Virus record (IMG/VR): IMGVR_UViG_3300028394_000002
Location: 1 to 64,000 of that record
DNA from: a virus
Reading direction: 5' to 3' (one strand)
DNA length: 64,000 nucleotides
Both the position numbers and the translations under genes were made by a program. Numbering within the stretch: the stretch's first letter is position 1; the number at the start of each line of letters is the position of its first letter. Below are positions 16,298-27,033 of the stretch, one piece after another. The notes beneath the pieces were generated by a model that saw only the letters and a program-made list of their open reading frames with translations, did no database searches and was not told the origin of the DNA.

Positions 16298-18829
16298 ATG
16301 CAAAAATTTAACCAAAACATAACATTTCCTAATCAAAAAGTATCTGATACTGCTAAGAATGACGCTTGGGGTAAAGATAATGTAGATGCTGCAGAGAGTC
16401 TTATATTGAATCAGAATCAATATACAAGAAACTCTAGGTATTCTAAGTTGGTTAACTATGATTTATATGCAGGTAAGCTACACCCTAGTGATATGGAGCT
16501 TATTATGAACCCATTAGGGCTAAAAGATATACATTTCCCATCAAAACCTCTAAATCACCCACTTATTAACCCTTATATTAAGGCTTTAATAGGTGAGGAG
16601 ATTAAACGTAGGTTTGATTATCACTTAAAAGTGAATAATGAGGACGCAATTAGTGAAAAAGAAGTAGCTAAACGCGATTTAATGCAACAAACTATAGAAC
16701 AAATTCTATTAGAGGGTGTTGAACAACCTCCTGAAGGAAATCAAGAGGCTCAAGCTAAGTTTGAACAAGAGGTAGAGAAAAGACTTAGACAAAAGAAAGA
16801 CTATTTAAACTATGAATGGCAAGATGTTAGAGAGTTATCTGGAAACAGGTTACTAAAACACTACATACAAAAGAATAAAATAGCTGAAATCTTTACTAAA
16901 GGCTTTGAAGACTCTTTAATATGCGCTGAAGAGGTATATAGAGTAGATATAATTAACAATGAGCCTATAGTACATAAATGTAACCCATTAAATACTTACT
17001 TTTTATTACCTCCTGACTCTAATAAGGTAGAGGATTGTGATATTATCATAGAAGAAGACTATATTCCTATTAGTAAGGTTATTGATGACTACTATGACTA
17101 CCTTAAACCATCAGAAATTGATTGGTTAGGGGAGAAAACTATGTATAAAGCTAAAGGTACTTATGGTGGACCAGTAGGTTACGAATTACAAGACCCTACG
17201 TTTGCTGTACCATTTGGATTAACTGGTAGTGTTAACATTAATCAGATTAATACAAGTGCTAATAGTTATTTATCTTTTGATTCACAAAATAATGTTAGAA
17301 GAGTTAAGGTAGTTTGGAGAAGTCTTAGAAAAGTTGGAGTATTAACTTACTTAGATGAACAAGGACAAGCTCAAGAAACTATGGTTAGTGAATTTTACAA
17401 AGCTAATAAGGATTTAGGAGAAACAGTTAAATGGCTTTGGATTGGAGAATGGTGGGAAGGTACTAAGATAGCTAATGAGATCTATATAAAGATTCAACCA
17501 AGACCTATTCAATTTAGAAGTTTAAACAACATTTCAACTTGTGCTAGCGGTTATATAGGAACTATCTATAAAACAAATAGTAGCCAACCTGTAAGCTTAG
17601 TAGACTTAATGAAGTCTAGTCAATACATGTATAATGTAATTTATCATAGAACTCAATTAGCTTTTGCTAAAAACATTGGTAAAGTAGCTAATTTAGATTT
17701 AGCTAAGATACCTGCTGGATGGGAGCCTGATAAGTGGTTATATTATATGCGAGAAATGAACCTTGCTGTAACTGATAGTTTTAGAGAGGCTAATAAAGGT
17801 GCTGCTACTGGTAAACTTGCTGGTAATATGAATAGCAATCAAGCTGTATTAGATATGGATATGGGTAACTATATTCAACAACATATACAGATGCTTGAGT
17901 ACATTAAAGGAGAGCTAGATTTAATCACAGGTATTACTGCAGAAAGAAGAGGCCAGAGAACTACAAGTGATCAAGGCTTAGGAGTAACACAAGAAAATAA
18001 ATTAGCTAGTTCTAATATTACAGAGTGGTACTTTAAAATACATGACAATACAAAAGTAAGAGTTTTAGCAGCATTATTAGAAACAGCTAAATACTGTTTA
18101 AGAAATGATAATAAAACTATTCAATATATAGAAGATGATTATACTACTCAAATCTTTAAACTAGATGGAGAGCTAATTAATGAGTGTGAGTATGACTTAT
18201 TCATTAGAGATGCTATGGAAGATCAAAGAGCTATTGATATGTTAAGACAAGCTACTGAGATTGGTTTACAAACTGGTCAAGTAAGTCTTATCCAATTAAT
18301 GGATATTTATTCTAATCAATCTTTAGCTTCTATTAGAAGAAAGATAGAAAAGTCTATAGCTCAAACTAAAGATGAAGCTAGTCAACAACAACAAGCTGAA
18401 TACGAAGCTAATCAAAAACAAGTACAAGCTACATTACAAGCTAAACAACAAGAGCTACAAGCTAAAATGGATTTAGAGTACGCTAAGCTAGACCAAGAAG
18501 CTTTAGATAATCAACTAGACCGTGAGGTTAAAATACAAGTTGAAACTATGAAGGCTTATAGTTTAGATGAGGGTCCTAACCCATTAGATATAGCAGCTGT
18601 TGGAGAACAAGCTTTAAAGCAACAAGAAATGTACTCTAAAGAATCTATTAAAAGACATGAGGTAGCAGCTAAAGAAAGAATTGAGCAATCTAAATTATCT
18701 TTAGAAAGAGAGAAGCTTAAAACTGAAAAAGAGATGAAGCAGAAAGAGATAGATAGAGATTATGATAATATGATTAATGATGAGAAGATTGCTCGTATAA
18801 ATTTAAAAGGTAGAACTAAAGCTAAATAA
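16298..18829 (+). CDS. Portal protein
   Basis: 843 aa directly after TerL; WIGEWWEGTKI and ITGITAERRGQ segments; coiled-coil C-terminus typical of crAss-like portals. Confidence 0.9.
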   Translation: MQKFNQNITFPNQKVSDTAKNDAWGKDNVDAAESLILNQNQYTRNSRYSKLVNYDLYAGKLHPSDMELIMNPLGLKDIHFPSKPLNHPLINPYIKALIGEEIKRRFDYHLKVNNEDAISEKEVAKRDLMQQTIEQILLEGVEQPPEGNQEAQAKFEQEVEKRLRQKKDYLNYEWQDVRELSGNRLLKHYIQKNKIAEIFTKGFEDSLICAEEVYRVDIINNEPIVHKCNPLNTYFLLPPDSNKVEDCDIIIEEDYIPISKVIDDYYDYLKPSEIDWLGEKTMYKAKGTYGGPVGYELQDPTFAVPFGLTGSVNINQINTSANSYLSFDSQNNVRRVKVVWRSLRKVGVLTYLDEQGQAQETMVSEFYKANKDLGETVKWLWIGEWWEGTKIANEIYIKIQPRPIQFRSLNNISTCASGYIGTIYKTNSSQPVSLVDLMKSSQYMYNVIYHRTQLAFAKNIGKVANLDLAKIPAGWEPDKWLYYMREMNLAVTDSFREANKGAATGKLAGNMNSNQAVLDMDMGNYIQQHIQMLEYIKGELDLITGITAERRGQRTTSDQGLGVTQENKLASSNITEWYFKIHDNTKVRVLAALLETAKYCLRNDNKTIQYIEDDYTTQIFKLDGELINECEYDLFIRDAMEDQRAIDMLRQATEIGLQTGQVSLIQLMDIYSNQSLASIRRKIEKSIAQTKDEASQQQQAEYEANQKQVQATLQAKQQELQAKMDLEYAKLDQEALDNQLDREVKIQVETMKAYSLDEGPNPLDIAAVGEQALKQQEMYSKESIKRHEVAAKERIEQSKLSLEREKLKTEKEMKQKEIDRDYDNMINDEKIARINLKGRTKAK

Positions 18830-18831
18830 AA

Positions 18832-19119
18832 ATGATTACTCAATATACAATATTTGGACAAGTTATACAAATCCTACCTAAAAAGAAACTTTATAAAAAA
18901 GGATCTATAGGATTATGGAAACCTAATCAAAATGTTATATATTATCAGAAGGCTATACCAGAATATAAAATGAGTCCCGACAATATTGATCAAACTATAT
19001 GTCACGAAGTAATACATTCTTGGTTAGATAAAATAGGCTATGAAAACTTATCAGAAGATGAGAAACTTGTAGATTTACTGGGATCTTGTTTAAATGAATT
19101 TATAACAAGTAAAAAGTAA
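18832..19119 (+). CDS. Small zincin-like metallopeptidase
   Basis: HExxH (CHEVIH) plus downstream E (DEKLVD); between portal and scaffold. Confidence 0.75.
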   Translation: MITQYTIFGQVIQILPKKKLYKKGSIGLWKPNQNVIYYQKAIPEYKMSPDNIDQTICHEVIHSWLDKIGYENLSEDEKLVDLLGSCLNEFITSKK

Positions 19120-19124
19120 TACTT

Positions 19125-19190
19125 AAGCTATAGAATTACTAAATTTATTTTTAGTAATAGCAAGAAATTAACAATAAACTAATATATTAA
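19125..19190 (+). promoter_or_regulatory. Conserved late-gene upstream motif, copy 2
   Basis: AAGCTATAgAATtactAAATTTATTTTT ... TAATATATT. Confidence 0.55.
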
Positions 19191-19195
19191 CTACA

Positions 19196-20338
19196 ATGAG
19201 TGAAGAAAAAAACGATTTATTTGAAGGGTTAGGGTCCTTTCTTGTTAATCAAGATGCTGTTAGTGTAGATTCTTTAGAGAAAGAAACTAGCAAAAAACCT
19301 GAAGAAGAAGTAGAAGAAGACGAAGATAAACCTGCTGATAATGGTGCAATATCTTTAGATGAATTAGAAAAAGAATTATCAGAAACTACTATTGAAGATG
19401 AAGATGATTCTTCTAACTTAGAAGAGGATAATAGTAATCCTAAGAAACCTAAAGATGGATCTAATATCTACAGAACATTATCAGAGCTATTAAAAGAAGA
19501 AGGTATTGTTGAAGATACATTTGAAGATAAAGAAGCTTTGTTTAACTACTTTAAATCAGTAGCTGATAACAATGTTAAAGAATGGATAGATAGTCTTCCT
19601 AGAGAGATTTCTGATCTAATTACTAACTACGAAGAAGGTGTTCCTTTTGATGAGTTGCTACAAATTAAGTCAGATCAAATTAGATTAGACTCTATTACTG
19701 ATGAATCATTACAAGATAATATTGACCTTCAAAAAAACTTAGTAAGAAACTTTTATCAAGGAAAAGGATTTACCGAATCTAAGATTGAAAAGATGATTAG
19801 TAAATCTGAAGATCTTGATGAGCTAGAAGAAGAAGCTAAAGAAGCTTTAGTTGAACTTAAAGAAGCTGAAAGTAAAAGATTAGAAAGTGTTCAACTAGAA
19901 ACAAAAAGAAGAGCGTTAGAAAATCAAAAAGCTTATGTTGAAAGTGTTAATAAATTAAATAGCACTATTAATGAAGTTAAAGAGATCATACCTGGTGTAA
20001 AGATTGATGATAAAACTAAGAAAGAGTTATTCAACATGATTACTAAACCAGCAGAAACTAGAGATGGAGTATCTTACTCAGAGATAATGTTATTAAGAGA
20101 AAAGAACCCACTAGATTTTGAATTAAAATTAAATTACTACGCAAAGATGGGGCTATTTGATGAGAATCCTAAGTTTGATGTGATAATGAAGAAGAGTGAA
20201 ACTAAAGTCTTAAATAAACTAGAAAGGCAATTAGAAGAAGATTTGAAAAGTAGAATCAATAAATCTAACTCTAGTTCTAGATCATCTGAAGAAAACACAG
20301 ATATCTTTGATGCATTAAAGACTGTATATAAAAAATAA
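19196..20338 (+). CDS. Putative capsid scaffolding protein
   Basis: Very acidic, coiled-coil, immediately upstream of MCP. Confidence 0.7.
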   Translation: MSEEKNDLFEGLGSFLVNQDAVSVDSLEKETSKKPEEEVEEDEDKPADNGAISLDELEKELSETTIEDEDDSSNLEEDNSNPKKPKDGSNIYRTLSELLKEEGIVEDTFEDKEALFNYFKSVADNNVKEWIDSLPREISDLITNYEEGVPFDELLQIKSDQIRLDSITDESLQDNIDLQKNLVRNFYQGKGFTESKIEKMISKSEDLDELEEEAKEALVELKEAESKRLESVQLETKRRALENQKAYVESVNKLNSTINEVKEIIPGVKIDDKTKKELFNMITKPAETRDGVSYSEIMLLREKNPLDFELKLNYYAKMGLFDENPKFDVIMKKSETKVLNKLERQLEEDLKSRINKSNSSSRSSEENTDIFDALKTVYKK

Positions 20339-20368
20339 ATTAACCTTAACAATATAAAATAAAATTTA

Positions 20369-21856
20369 ATGAGTCAAATTATTAGTCCTTTACAAAAATT
20401 TTCTCCTAAAGATTGGAGTGGTCTTACCACTAAGAATCACATTGGAGCTATGTATGGTGAACAACCCCTTATGGTGTCTGAATTAATCTCTAATATCTAT
20501 GATGTAAACCTTGGTTTAGATTTTGATAGATTTATGGAACAATTTGATACTATGGAAATTGAGCGTGATGCTCCTTTTGAGTGGATGTTAAATTCACAAT
20601 CACCATTTAAGAACATCCCATTGTTGCAATACTACACGGATGTTGCTTTAACTGCACAAGGTGCTACACCAGGTGTAGGTAACACAAGTTTCTACTTGGA
20701 ATTTCCTGATAGAATTTTCGAATTCTCTGATGTGATTGCTCCAGCTAGCTATGCTAAAGAAACTTATCAAATGCGTGTAATGTCTGATCCTAGACCTAAT
20801 GGTGCTAACTGGTGCTATGAAGTATCTTTGGTATCAGGTGATTCTAACTTGTATGTACCAGTTGCTGAATTAGCTAATGGTGTACGTTTTGTTAAAATGT
20901 ATGCTCTTGCTGGTCAAACCTTATCACAAAGAGGTTCTAGTTCATTAACATTTAGCTCTCCATTCAGGATGCAAAACAGATGTTCATTCATGCGTTCAGA
21001 GTACATGGTACCTGGAGATATGATTGATCAAAAAGAAAATGCTCCACTTGGATTCTTCTTTGTTGATGCACAAGGTAAGCGTCATACTACTTGGTTAGGT
21101 AAATTAGATTACGACTTCATGGTATCATGGAAACGTATGAAATCAATGGCTCAATTGTATGGTAAATCTTTGAAGAACTCTCAAGGAGCTTACAATATGA
21201 AAGATGAGTCTGGTTATGAAATTAAAGCAGGTTATGGTTTGCTAGATCAAATCTCTCCATCTAATATCCACTACTACACTACATTTGATGTAGATGTATT
21301 GAGTGAAATCTTAATGAGCTTATCTGTTGGTAAATTACCAGAAGATCAAAGACGTTTTGTATTAGGTACAGGTGAGTATGGTATGCGTCAATTCCATAAA
21401 GCTGTTGAAACTAAAGCAGTAACATTTGCTCCATCTAGAGAAGAAATTCGTATTGGTGGAACTTTAAATAACATGAGTTATGGAGGTCAATTCAAGAAAT
21501 ATTCATTTATCAATGGTATTGAAATTGAATTAATGCACATTCCATTCTTAGATGATCCAAGTTTGTGTTCTATTCAACATCCTGATGGTGGTATCTTAAG
21601 TTCATATGAATATATGATTTTAGATTTTGGTACTTCTCAAGGTAAACCTAATATCCAAAAAGTAACTGTAAAAGGTTCTCAAGACATTTACAAGTACATC
21701 CCAGGATTACGTGACCCGTTCTCTCCGAACAATGGTGGTACTAAACCAGGTATGACTGTAAGTAAAGTTGATGGATACGAAGTGGTACGTGCTTGTACCC
21801 TAGGTATGAAAGTACATAATCCAATGAGATTAGCTCGTTTCATTCCTAATTTATAA
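20369..21856 (+). CDS. Major capsid protein
   Basis: 495 aa; WSGLTTKNHIG N-terminus; position after portal/scaffold; biased codon use; followed by terminator. Confidence 0.88.
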   Translation: MSQIISPLQKFSPKDWSGLTTKNHIGAMYGEQPLMVSELISNIYDVNLGLDFDRFMEQFDTMEIERDAPFEWMLNSQSPFKNIPLLQYYTDVALTAQGATPGVGNTSFYLEFPDRIFEFSDVIAPASYAKETYQMRVMSDPRPNGANWCYEVSLVSGDSNLYVPVAELANGVRFVKMYALAGQTLSQRGSSSLTFSSPFRMQNRCSFMRSEYMVPGDMIDQKENAPLGFFFVDAQGKRHTTWLGKLDYDFMVSWKRMKSMAQLYGKSLKNSQGAYNMKDESGYEIKAGYGLLDQISPSNIHYYTTFDVDVLSEILMSLSVGKLPEDQRRFVLGTGEYGMRQFHKAVETKAVTFAPSREEIRIGGTLNNMSYGGQFKKYSFINGIEIELMHIPFLDDPSLCSIQHPDGGILSSYEYMILDFGTSQGKPNIQKVTVKGSQDIYKYIPGLRDPFSPNNGGTKPGMTVSKVDGYEVVRACTLGMKVHNPMRLARFIPNL

Positions 21857-21864
21857 TCAAATTA

Positions 21865-21904
21865 AAACCTAGGGAGTCCTAAAAAACTCTCTAGGTTTAT
21901 TTTA
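21865..21904 (+). terminator. Intrinsic terminator after MCP
   Basis: AAACCTAGGGAG...CTCTCTAGGTTT followed by ATTTT. Confidence 0.75.
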
Positions 21905-21935
21905 AATATTAAACAAATAAATATATATACAAACT

Positions 21936-22787
21936 ATGGGGATAGTAGAAAAAGAACCTCTCACAATTGAGAGTATTTTAAAGAATAAAAAAATTATAGT
22001 AAAACCAATTTTTAGAAACAATGGTAATTTTCCCAAAGGTCACGATGGGGAGTTTATGTTTACAGATACTGTTTGGTCAACTGATTTAAGACCAGAACCA
22101 GGCACTAACAGATACAAAGCAATCCTTACTGAAGAAGAAAGACTTGTATTTGAGAAGACTCTAAACCTAGAGCCTAATAGTATGAGTTTCTACAAAAAAA
22201 CAGGGTTTTGGCCCAAGTTTAGAGTTAAACTAACGAAAGAAGGTAAAACTTTAAATCTTAGCGAGCCGTTAGACTACTTAGAATATTTAGTTCTCTTAGC
22301 TGACCGTAGAGTAGCTCCTAATTGGAATGCTAAATATGATAGTGGTGAGTATAAATTTGCTTTAGTAGATGATGATGAGATTATTAAAGACAATAATAAC
22401 AAAAGTGATTTAAATAAAAAAGCTTACAAGTACTTAGGTAAGATTGAAGACTCTATTGAAGATATGACAATGGTAATTAGATTAGTTTCTAATCAAACTG
22501 TTAAATCAAAAGATCTAGGCTTCTTACAATCTGAGATACAAAAAATTCTTGATACTAACATTAAAGGGTTTGTTGAAGTAATGGAAGATAAGTCTTTTGG
22601 AACTAAAGCATTTATTAACAAAGCTCTAGATGCTAAAGCATTAGATAGAACAGTTAAAGGCGGATATGCTTTAAAAGGTGGGGATGAGATTGGTAGAACA
22701 CTAAGTGAAACTGTAGAGTTCTTAGAATCTAATAAAAACCAAGATATCTTCTTAAAGCTGAAAGCTCAGATAGATAATAAAAAGTAA
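21936..22787 (+). CDS. Conserved crAss-like protein downstream of MCP
   Basis: 283-aa ORF; LNLSEPLDYLEY motif; synteny. Confidence 0.7.
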   Translation: MGIVEKEPLTIESILKNKKIIVKPIFRNNGNFPKGHDGEFMFTDTVWSTDLRPEPGTNRYKAILTEEERLVFEKTLNLEPNSMSFYKKTGFWPKFRVKLTKEGKTLNLSEPLDYLEYLVLLADRRVAPNWNAKYDSGEYKFALVDDDEIIKDNNNKSDLNKKAYKYLGKIEDSIEDMTMVIRLVSNQTVKSKDLGFLQSEIQKILDTNIKGFVEVMEDKSFGTKAFINKALDAKALDRTVKGGYALKGGDEIGRTLSETVEFLESNKNQDIFLKLKAQIDNKK

Positions 22788-22855
22788 ATTAGTATTAATA
22801 CACTTAGGAGTGAAACATAAAATGACCCTAAGTTAATATATAATTATAAAGTAAC

Positions 22856-23575
22856 ATGACAAAACAAGAGTTCTTGAACAACTTTTACTTGCAGATGGAT
22901 AAAGTAGCCTCTTTGGCTCTACCTGGTTATGAACCAGCTGAAATCGCTGCAATGGCTACAGAGGCTCAAGAGCTCTTGGTTGTTACTTATTATACAGGTA
23001 ATAACTCAAGTAGAACCTCATTTGAAGAAACTGAGAAGAGGATTGAAGATTTAGGAGAACTTGTAGCAACAAGTATACTAACTCCAGCAACTTACAACCC
23101 TTTACTAAATATGCCTAATGGTGTATTTGTAACCTTACCTAACACATTAATAACAAGTGGCCCAACTGATTACTCAGACGTAGCTTGGTTTACAATTTAT
23201 GAAGAAGTTTTAACTACAGATAAATGTAAACCTAGAAAGTACGTAGTTGAAATAAACCATAGTGAATATAGCATAGCTAACTCAGATCCTTACAATAAAC
23301 CTAATAAGAATAAAGTTTGGAGAATGCGTACTGAAGGTAGAAAGCATGAATTAATAACTAATGGTACTTATACAATAACTAGTTATATATTTAGGTACAT
23401 TAAAAAACCAACTCCTATTGAGCTATCAACTAACTTAACTGCAAGTGTAAGTCAATTATCTGACCATGTTCACAGAGAGCTTGTTAGAAAAACAGTAGAA
23501 GTAGCTAGTAAGGATATAGAAGCTTATAATAGAATGCAAGCTGAACAAGCTACAAATAATACTTATAGAGAATAA
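22856..23575 (+). CDS. Putative head-tail ring/adaptor protein
   Basis: DPYNKP...YIFRYIKKPTPI...LSDHVHRELV pattern of crAss-like ring proteins. Confidence 0.65.
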   Translation: MTKQEFLNNFYLQMDKVASLALPGYEPAEIAAMATEAQELLVVTYYTGNNSSRTSFEETEKRIEDLGELVATSILTPATYNPLLNMPNGVFVTLPNTLITSGPTDYSDVAWFTIYEEVLTTDKCKPRKYVVEINHSEYSIANSDPYNKPNKNKVWRMRTEGRKHELITNGTYTITSYIFRYIKKPTPIELSTNLTASVSQLSDHVHRELVRKTVEVASKDIEAYNRMQAEQATNNTYRE

Positions 23576-23640
23576 GCTATAGAATTGCTATATTTATTTT
23601 AAAAAAAACTTGGAAATAAACTATTTATTAATATATTAAA
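23574..23640 (+). promoter_or_regulatory. Conserved late-gene upstream motif, copy 3
   Basis: AAGCTATAgAATtgctATATTTATTTT ... TAATATATT. Confidence 0.55.
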
Positions 23641-23654
23641 ACAAAACAAAAGAA

Positions 23655-24092
23655 ATGGCTTTAAACAAAATAACAGGAGCTAACAGAAATTCAGTTAGAA
23701 CATCCTTAGATAATGCACAACCAGCTGTAGGAGGCGATGTAAATCCTATTATAGACTTTGCTAATAATATTTCAAACGAAGTTACTGCTGCTAATACAGT
23801 TACTACAACTGGGACTACTGCTCAAACTGGTACTTTAAGTGCAGTTAGCGGTACTATTACATCAGCTACTTTAACTGTAACAGTTGATTTAAAAACTACT
23901 GTAACTATTACAAATCCTTATTGTACTGCTAATAGCACAGTTTTAGCTGTAATTAGTGGGGCAACTGTAGGTACAGGAGCAGTTTATATTGCAAGTGTAG
24001 TACCTGCTGCAGGCTCTTTTGTAATTACATTAGTAAATGGTGTAGTTTTAACAGGAACCCCAAGTGTAAAAATCAAATTTATCATACTATAA
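23655..24092 (+). CDS. Virion structural protein (putative head fibre/decoration)
   Basis: Thr/Val/Ala-rich beta protein in structural block. Confidence 0.6.
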   Translation: MALNKITGANRNSVRTSLDNAQPAVGGDVNPIIDFANNISNEVTAANTVTTTGTTAQTGTLSAVSGTITSATLTVTVDLKTTVTITNPYCTANSTVLAVISGATVGTGAVYIASVVPAAGSFVITLVNGVVLTGTPSVKIKFIIL

Positions 24093-24126
24093 TCAATTTA
24101 TTTATAAACATTAAACAAATTAAACA

Positions 24127-25356
24127 ATGTCATTACAAAATGTAAGTAATCATAAACAATTACTAATAGGAAAAAAAGATATTTCATCACCAGTTGCAGC
24201 TGGAACATTAGTTACTCCAAGCACTATTGCAGATGGAGAAATTGTGTTAACAACTGTAGACGGACTTAGTTTAAGTTCATCTTCTTCTGCTGTAAACGAA
24301 AACACTTCTTTATTAATTGTTCAAGGGCAAGGTGCTACTAAACCCTTAATTAAATCAGCTCCTTTTACACCTAAAAGTATATTTGTAGCAAAAAAGAAGG
24401 CTTATACAGCTGTTGCTCAACAAGTATCAACTGTAGGTTACAATGGGACTTCTGGAAATATTGTAAATCCTGGTGTAGGTACTAGTATTATCTTGCGTAA
24501 TACTTTTAAAACTAACTTCTATCAATTTAGTGATAAATTAATGGAGTCTATTGTTGGTTACAAAGTAACTGCTGCTGATACTATTTTTACATTAGCAGAT
24601 GCTTTAACTAAACGCGCTATCCAAGATGTTCAAAAATATGTGAACATACCTTTTAAAGTAGAACGTGAAAGTAATGGTACTTATGGTACTACTACAGCTT
24701 CAGTAACAGCTACAAACAGTTCATCTGTTTTAACTGGTACAGGTGTTGGTACAGCTAATCCAGTAGGTACAAGAGTTCGTATTGGAGCATCTAATGCTAC
24801 TACTACTCCTGTTTATGTGGTAACAGCAGCATCAGCTAACAGTATTACAATTGATACAGCTTATCAAGGTGCTACTGCAACAGTTAATGTGTATACTAAT
24901 ACTGTAGCTCCTACAGCAATTGGTATTCAATTTACAGGTCTTCCACAAGCTAAATTTGCTCCAAACATCTTCCGTTATGAAACTTCTAAGTTTGTAACTA
25001 CAGCTACTAACTTTAGTACTACTGAAGTAGTTAATGCGGCTACAGTTCCAACTGAAGGTTCTGGTGTTTACGAACAAATTGCTGAAGAAGAATTCTTCTT
25101 CCAATTAGGTGAAGGTATGCATGATAATGCTCTTATCCAGATTCCTCCAGTAACTATGCGTTCTAATGTTTCTACATCAGGTACATATAGTATTATTGAT
25201 TTGGAAGTATCTACACAATCTGGTACAATGAGTTTTATTAACAACCCTATGGCTAGAAAGCAAATCAGAGTTGCTTTTGATGTATCTGGCGGTACTACAG
25301 AGTACGCAGAACTTGAAAATGCTTTAGAGGCAGTTTGTGGAATTACAATTGCATAA
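24127..25356 (+). CDS. Virion structural protein (putative auxiliary capsid protein)
   Basis: 409 aa, Thr-rich, MCP-like codon bias, followed by terminator. Confidence 0.6.
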   Translation: MSLQNVSNHKQLLIGKKDISSPVAAGTLVTPSTIADGEIVLTTVDGLSLSSSSSAVNENTSLLIVQGQGATKPLIKSAPFTPKSIFVAKKKAYTAVAQQVSTVGYNGTSGNIVNPGVGTSIILRNTFKTNFYQFSDKLMESIVGYKVTAADTIFTLADALTKRAIQDVQKYVNIPFKVERESNGTYGTTTASVTATNSSSVLTGTGVGTANPVGTRVRIGASNATTTPVYVVTAASANSITIDTAYQGATATVNVYTNTVAPTAIGIQFTGLPQAKFAPNIFRYETSKFVTTATNFSTTEVVNAATVPTEGSGVYEQIAEEEFFFQLGEGMHDNALIQIPPVTMRSNVSTSGTYSIIDLEVSTQSGTMSFINNPMARKQIRVAFDVSGGTTEYAELENALEAVCGITIA

Positions 25357-25382
25357 TAATTAATAACTTTACTTAATAACTT

Positions 25383-25418
25383 AAAAGGCTATAGCTAGAA
25401 ATAGCTGTAGCCTTTTTT
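25383..25418 (+). terminator. Intrinsic terminator
   Basis: AAAAGGCTATAGCTA-GAAA-TAGCTGTAGCCTTTTTT. Confidence 0.85.
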
Positions 25419-25429
25419 AATTCTACAAA

Positions 25430-25999
25430 ATGGCTTTACAACTTAATGCACAAATACAAGAGTATACTAACCAAGAATGGCTAACTTTTAAAGAGCTTAC
25501 TGGATTATATTCTTTAGCTAATTTAACAGGTTGGGAAACACCCAATCCTGCTGTAGGTTCAGCTACAACAGCTACTTTAGAAATGCAAGATATTAATGGT
25601 ACTACTTTAGGTACTGTTGATTTATTTACTTACTTTCCAACTAGCTCTACTACATTTGAATTAAATGTATTAGCTACTGAATTTAGCTCTACAACAACAA
25701 AGTTTGCTGATGGAGTTTATCAATTTATATATAGAGTACAAACACCAAGTGGTAACTATGAAAAGCGTATTTGGGTACTATTTAAATGTGCTGCTGAATG
25801 TGCTATGGATAAGTTCTTATTAAGACTTATACAAGACTTTTGTGATACTTGTGAGGAAACTGGTGCTGAGAAACAATATATGCAAGCTAGAATGCTATTA
25901 GACGCTGCTGAAGCTGCTGCTCAATGTGGAGATATTATTAGAGCTACTGCTTTAATAGATATGTTCAATAGATTGAAAATTGAAACTTGTTGTAATTAA
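25430..25999 (+). CDS. Putative tail hub / fibre-attachment protein
   Basis: FADGVYQFIY; Cys-rich helical C-terminus; first gene of fibre block. Confidence 0.55.
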   Translation: MALQLNAQIQEYTNQEWLTFKELTGLYSLANLTGWETPNPAVGSATTATLEMQDINGTTLGTVDLFTYFPTSSTTFELNVLATEFSSTTTKFADGVYQFIYRVQTPSGNYEKRIWVLFKCAAECAMDKFLLRLIQDFCDTCEETGAEKQYMQARMLLDAAEAAAQCGDIIRATALIDMFNRLKIETCCN

Positions 26000-26027
26000 T
26001 TATTAACTTAATAAAATATTTAAACAA

Positions 26028-27032
26028 ATGTGTATAAATTGTGATGAAATAATTCAAGTAGGTAATTCAGGCACTGATGGCTGGAGTCCAATCCTGGCTT
26101 TATATGAAGGTGAGTGTGATGGAGATCCTGTTACAGTACATCAACTAATTAGCTGGTATGGTGGATCAGGTACTCGTCCTGATTATGATGGAGATATAAT
26201 GACTGACCAATGGCTTATTGATCATCCTATTTATTTAGGAAGTGCTGGGTTTGTAACTGATATATGTAATGCTACTAATTTAATAGGCGGTAATGGAAAT
26301 AATGGCAGTAACGGAACTAATGGAACTAACGGAACTAATGGGTGTACTCCAGAAATAGGTATTACAGCTGCTGTTGTTGGTGATACGGTTACACCGTTAA
26401 CTGTAACTGAAAATTTTGATGTACCTTGTGCTCCAACATACGATATAGAATTTCCTATAAGCATTTTTACATCAGATACAGTAGTTGATGGTATTACAGA
26501 TAGTGAAGCTTTTTCAACAGCTGTGACTACTGCTGTTAACTCTGTTATTTCTGGGCTTTTAGCCCCTGCTGAAACAACGATTGCAAATGTTTCTACTCCA
26601 ACTATTTTAACTATAAGTGATACTGGTTCTCCATATGTTTTATATACTGAATTTGTAAGTAATACATCTCTATCATTTAATACTGGATCTACTAGTTACA
26701 TTTCTTATAAAGTAATTGGTAATCTAATGTATTTAAACTTTAGATTTGTTATAGATGTTCCTGCTGGCCCTACTCCGCATATAACAAACTTTCAAGTTAA
26801 AATTCCTGGTGGATATTTATCTGCAAACACAACAGATGTTTCTGCAATTTCTAGATATACTTATAATAAGCCAACTGTTACATATACACCAGTTATATCA
26901 ACAAATAACACTGATGACGGGTATTTAATGATATCAGCATATAATGATAATACTAATGATACAAGTTTTGACTTACTGCAAGGTTTTACAGAATATTTTC
27001 AAGGTCAAATAACATTTACAATAACTGATTAA
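26028..27032 (+). CDS. Tail fibre-like protein with collagen-like GxN repeats
   Basis: GNGNNGSNGTNGTNGTNG; C-terminal beta domain. Confidence 0.65.
   Translation: MCINCDEIIQVGNSGTDGWSPILALYEGECDGDPVTVHQLISWYGGSGTRPDYDGDIMTDQWLIDHPIYLGSAGFVTDICNATNLIGGNGNNGSNGTNGTNGTNGCTPEIGITAAVVGDTVTPLTVTENFDVPCAPTYDIEFPISIFTSDTVVDGITDSEAFSTAVTTAVNSVISGLLAPAETTIANVSTPTILTISDTGSPYVLYTEFVSNTSLSFNTGSTSYISYKVIGNLMYLNFRFVIDVPAGPTPHITNFQVKIPGGYLSANTTDVSAISRYTYNKPTVTYTPVISTNNTDDGYLMISAYNDNTNDTSFDLLQGFTEYFQGQITFTITD
26288..26343 (+). repeat. 9-bp tandem repeat encoding (G-T-N)n
   Basis: aacggaactaatggaactaacggaactaatggg. Confidence 0.8.
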
Positions 27033-27033
27033 T

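Noticed and set aside
22778-22800. T_AAA_AAG before stop codons (here and at ~19110) as further frameshift sites
   Set aside because: Not a full X_XXY_YYZ heptamer, and no long -1 frame extension follows.
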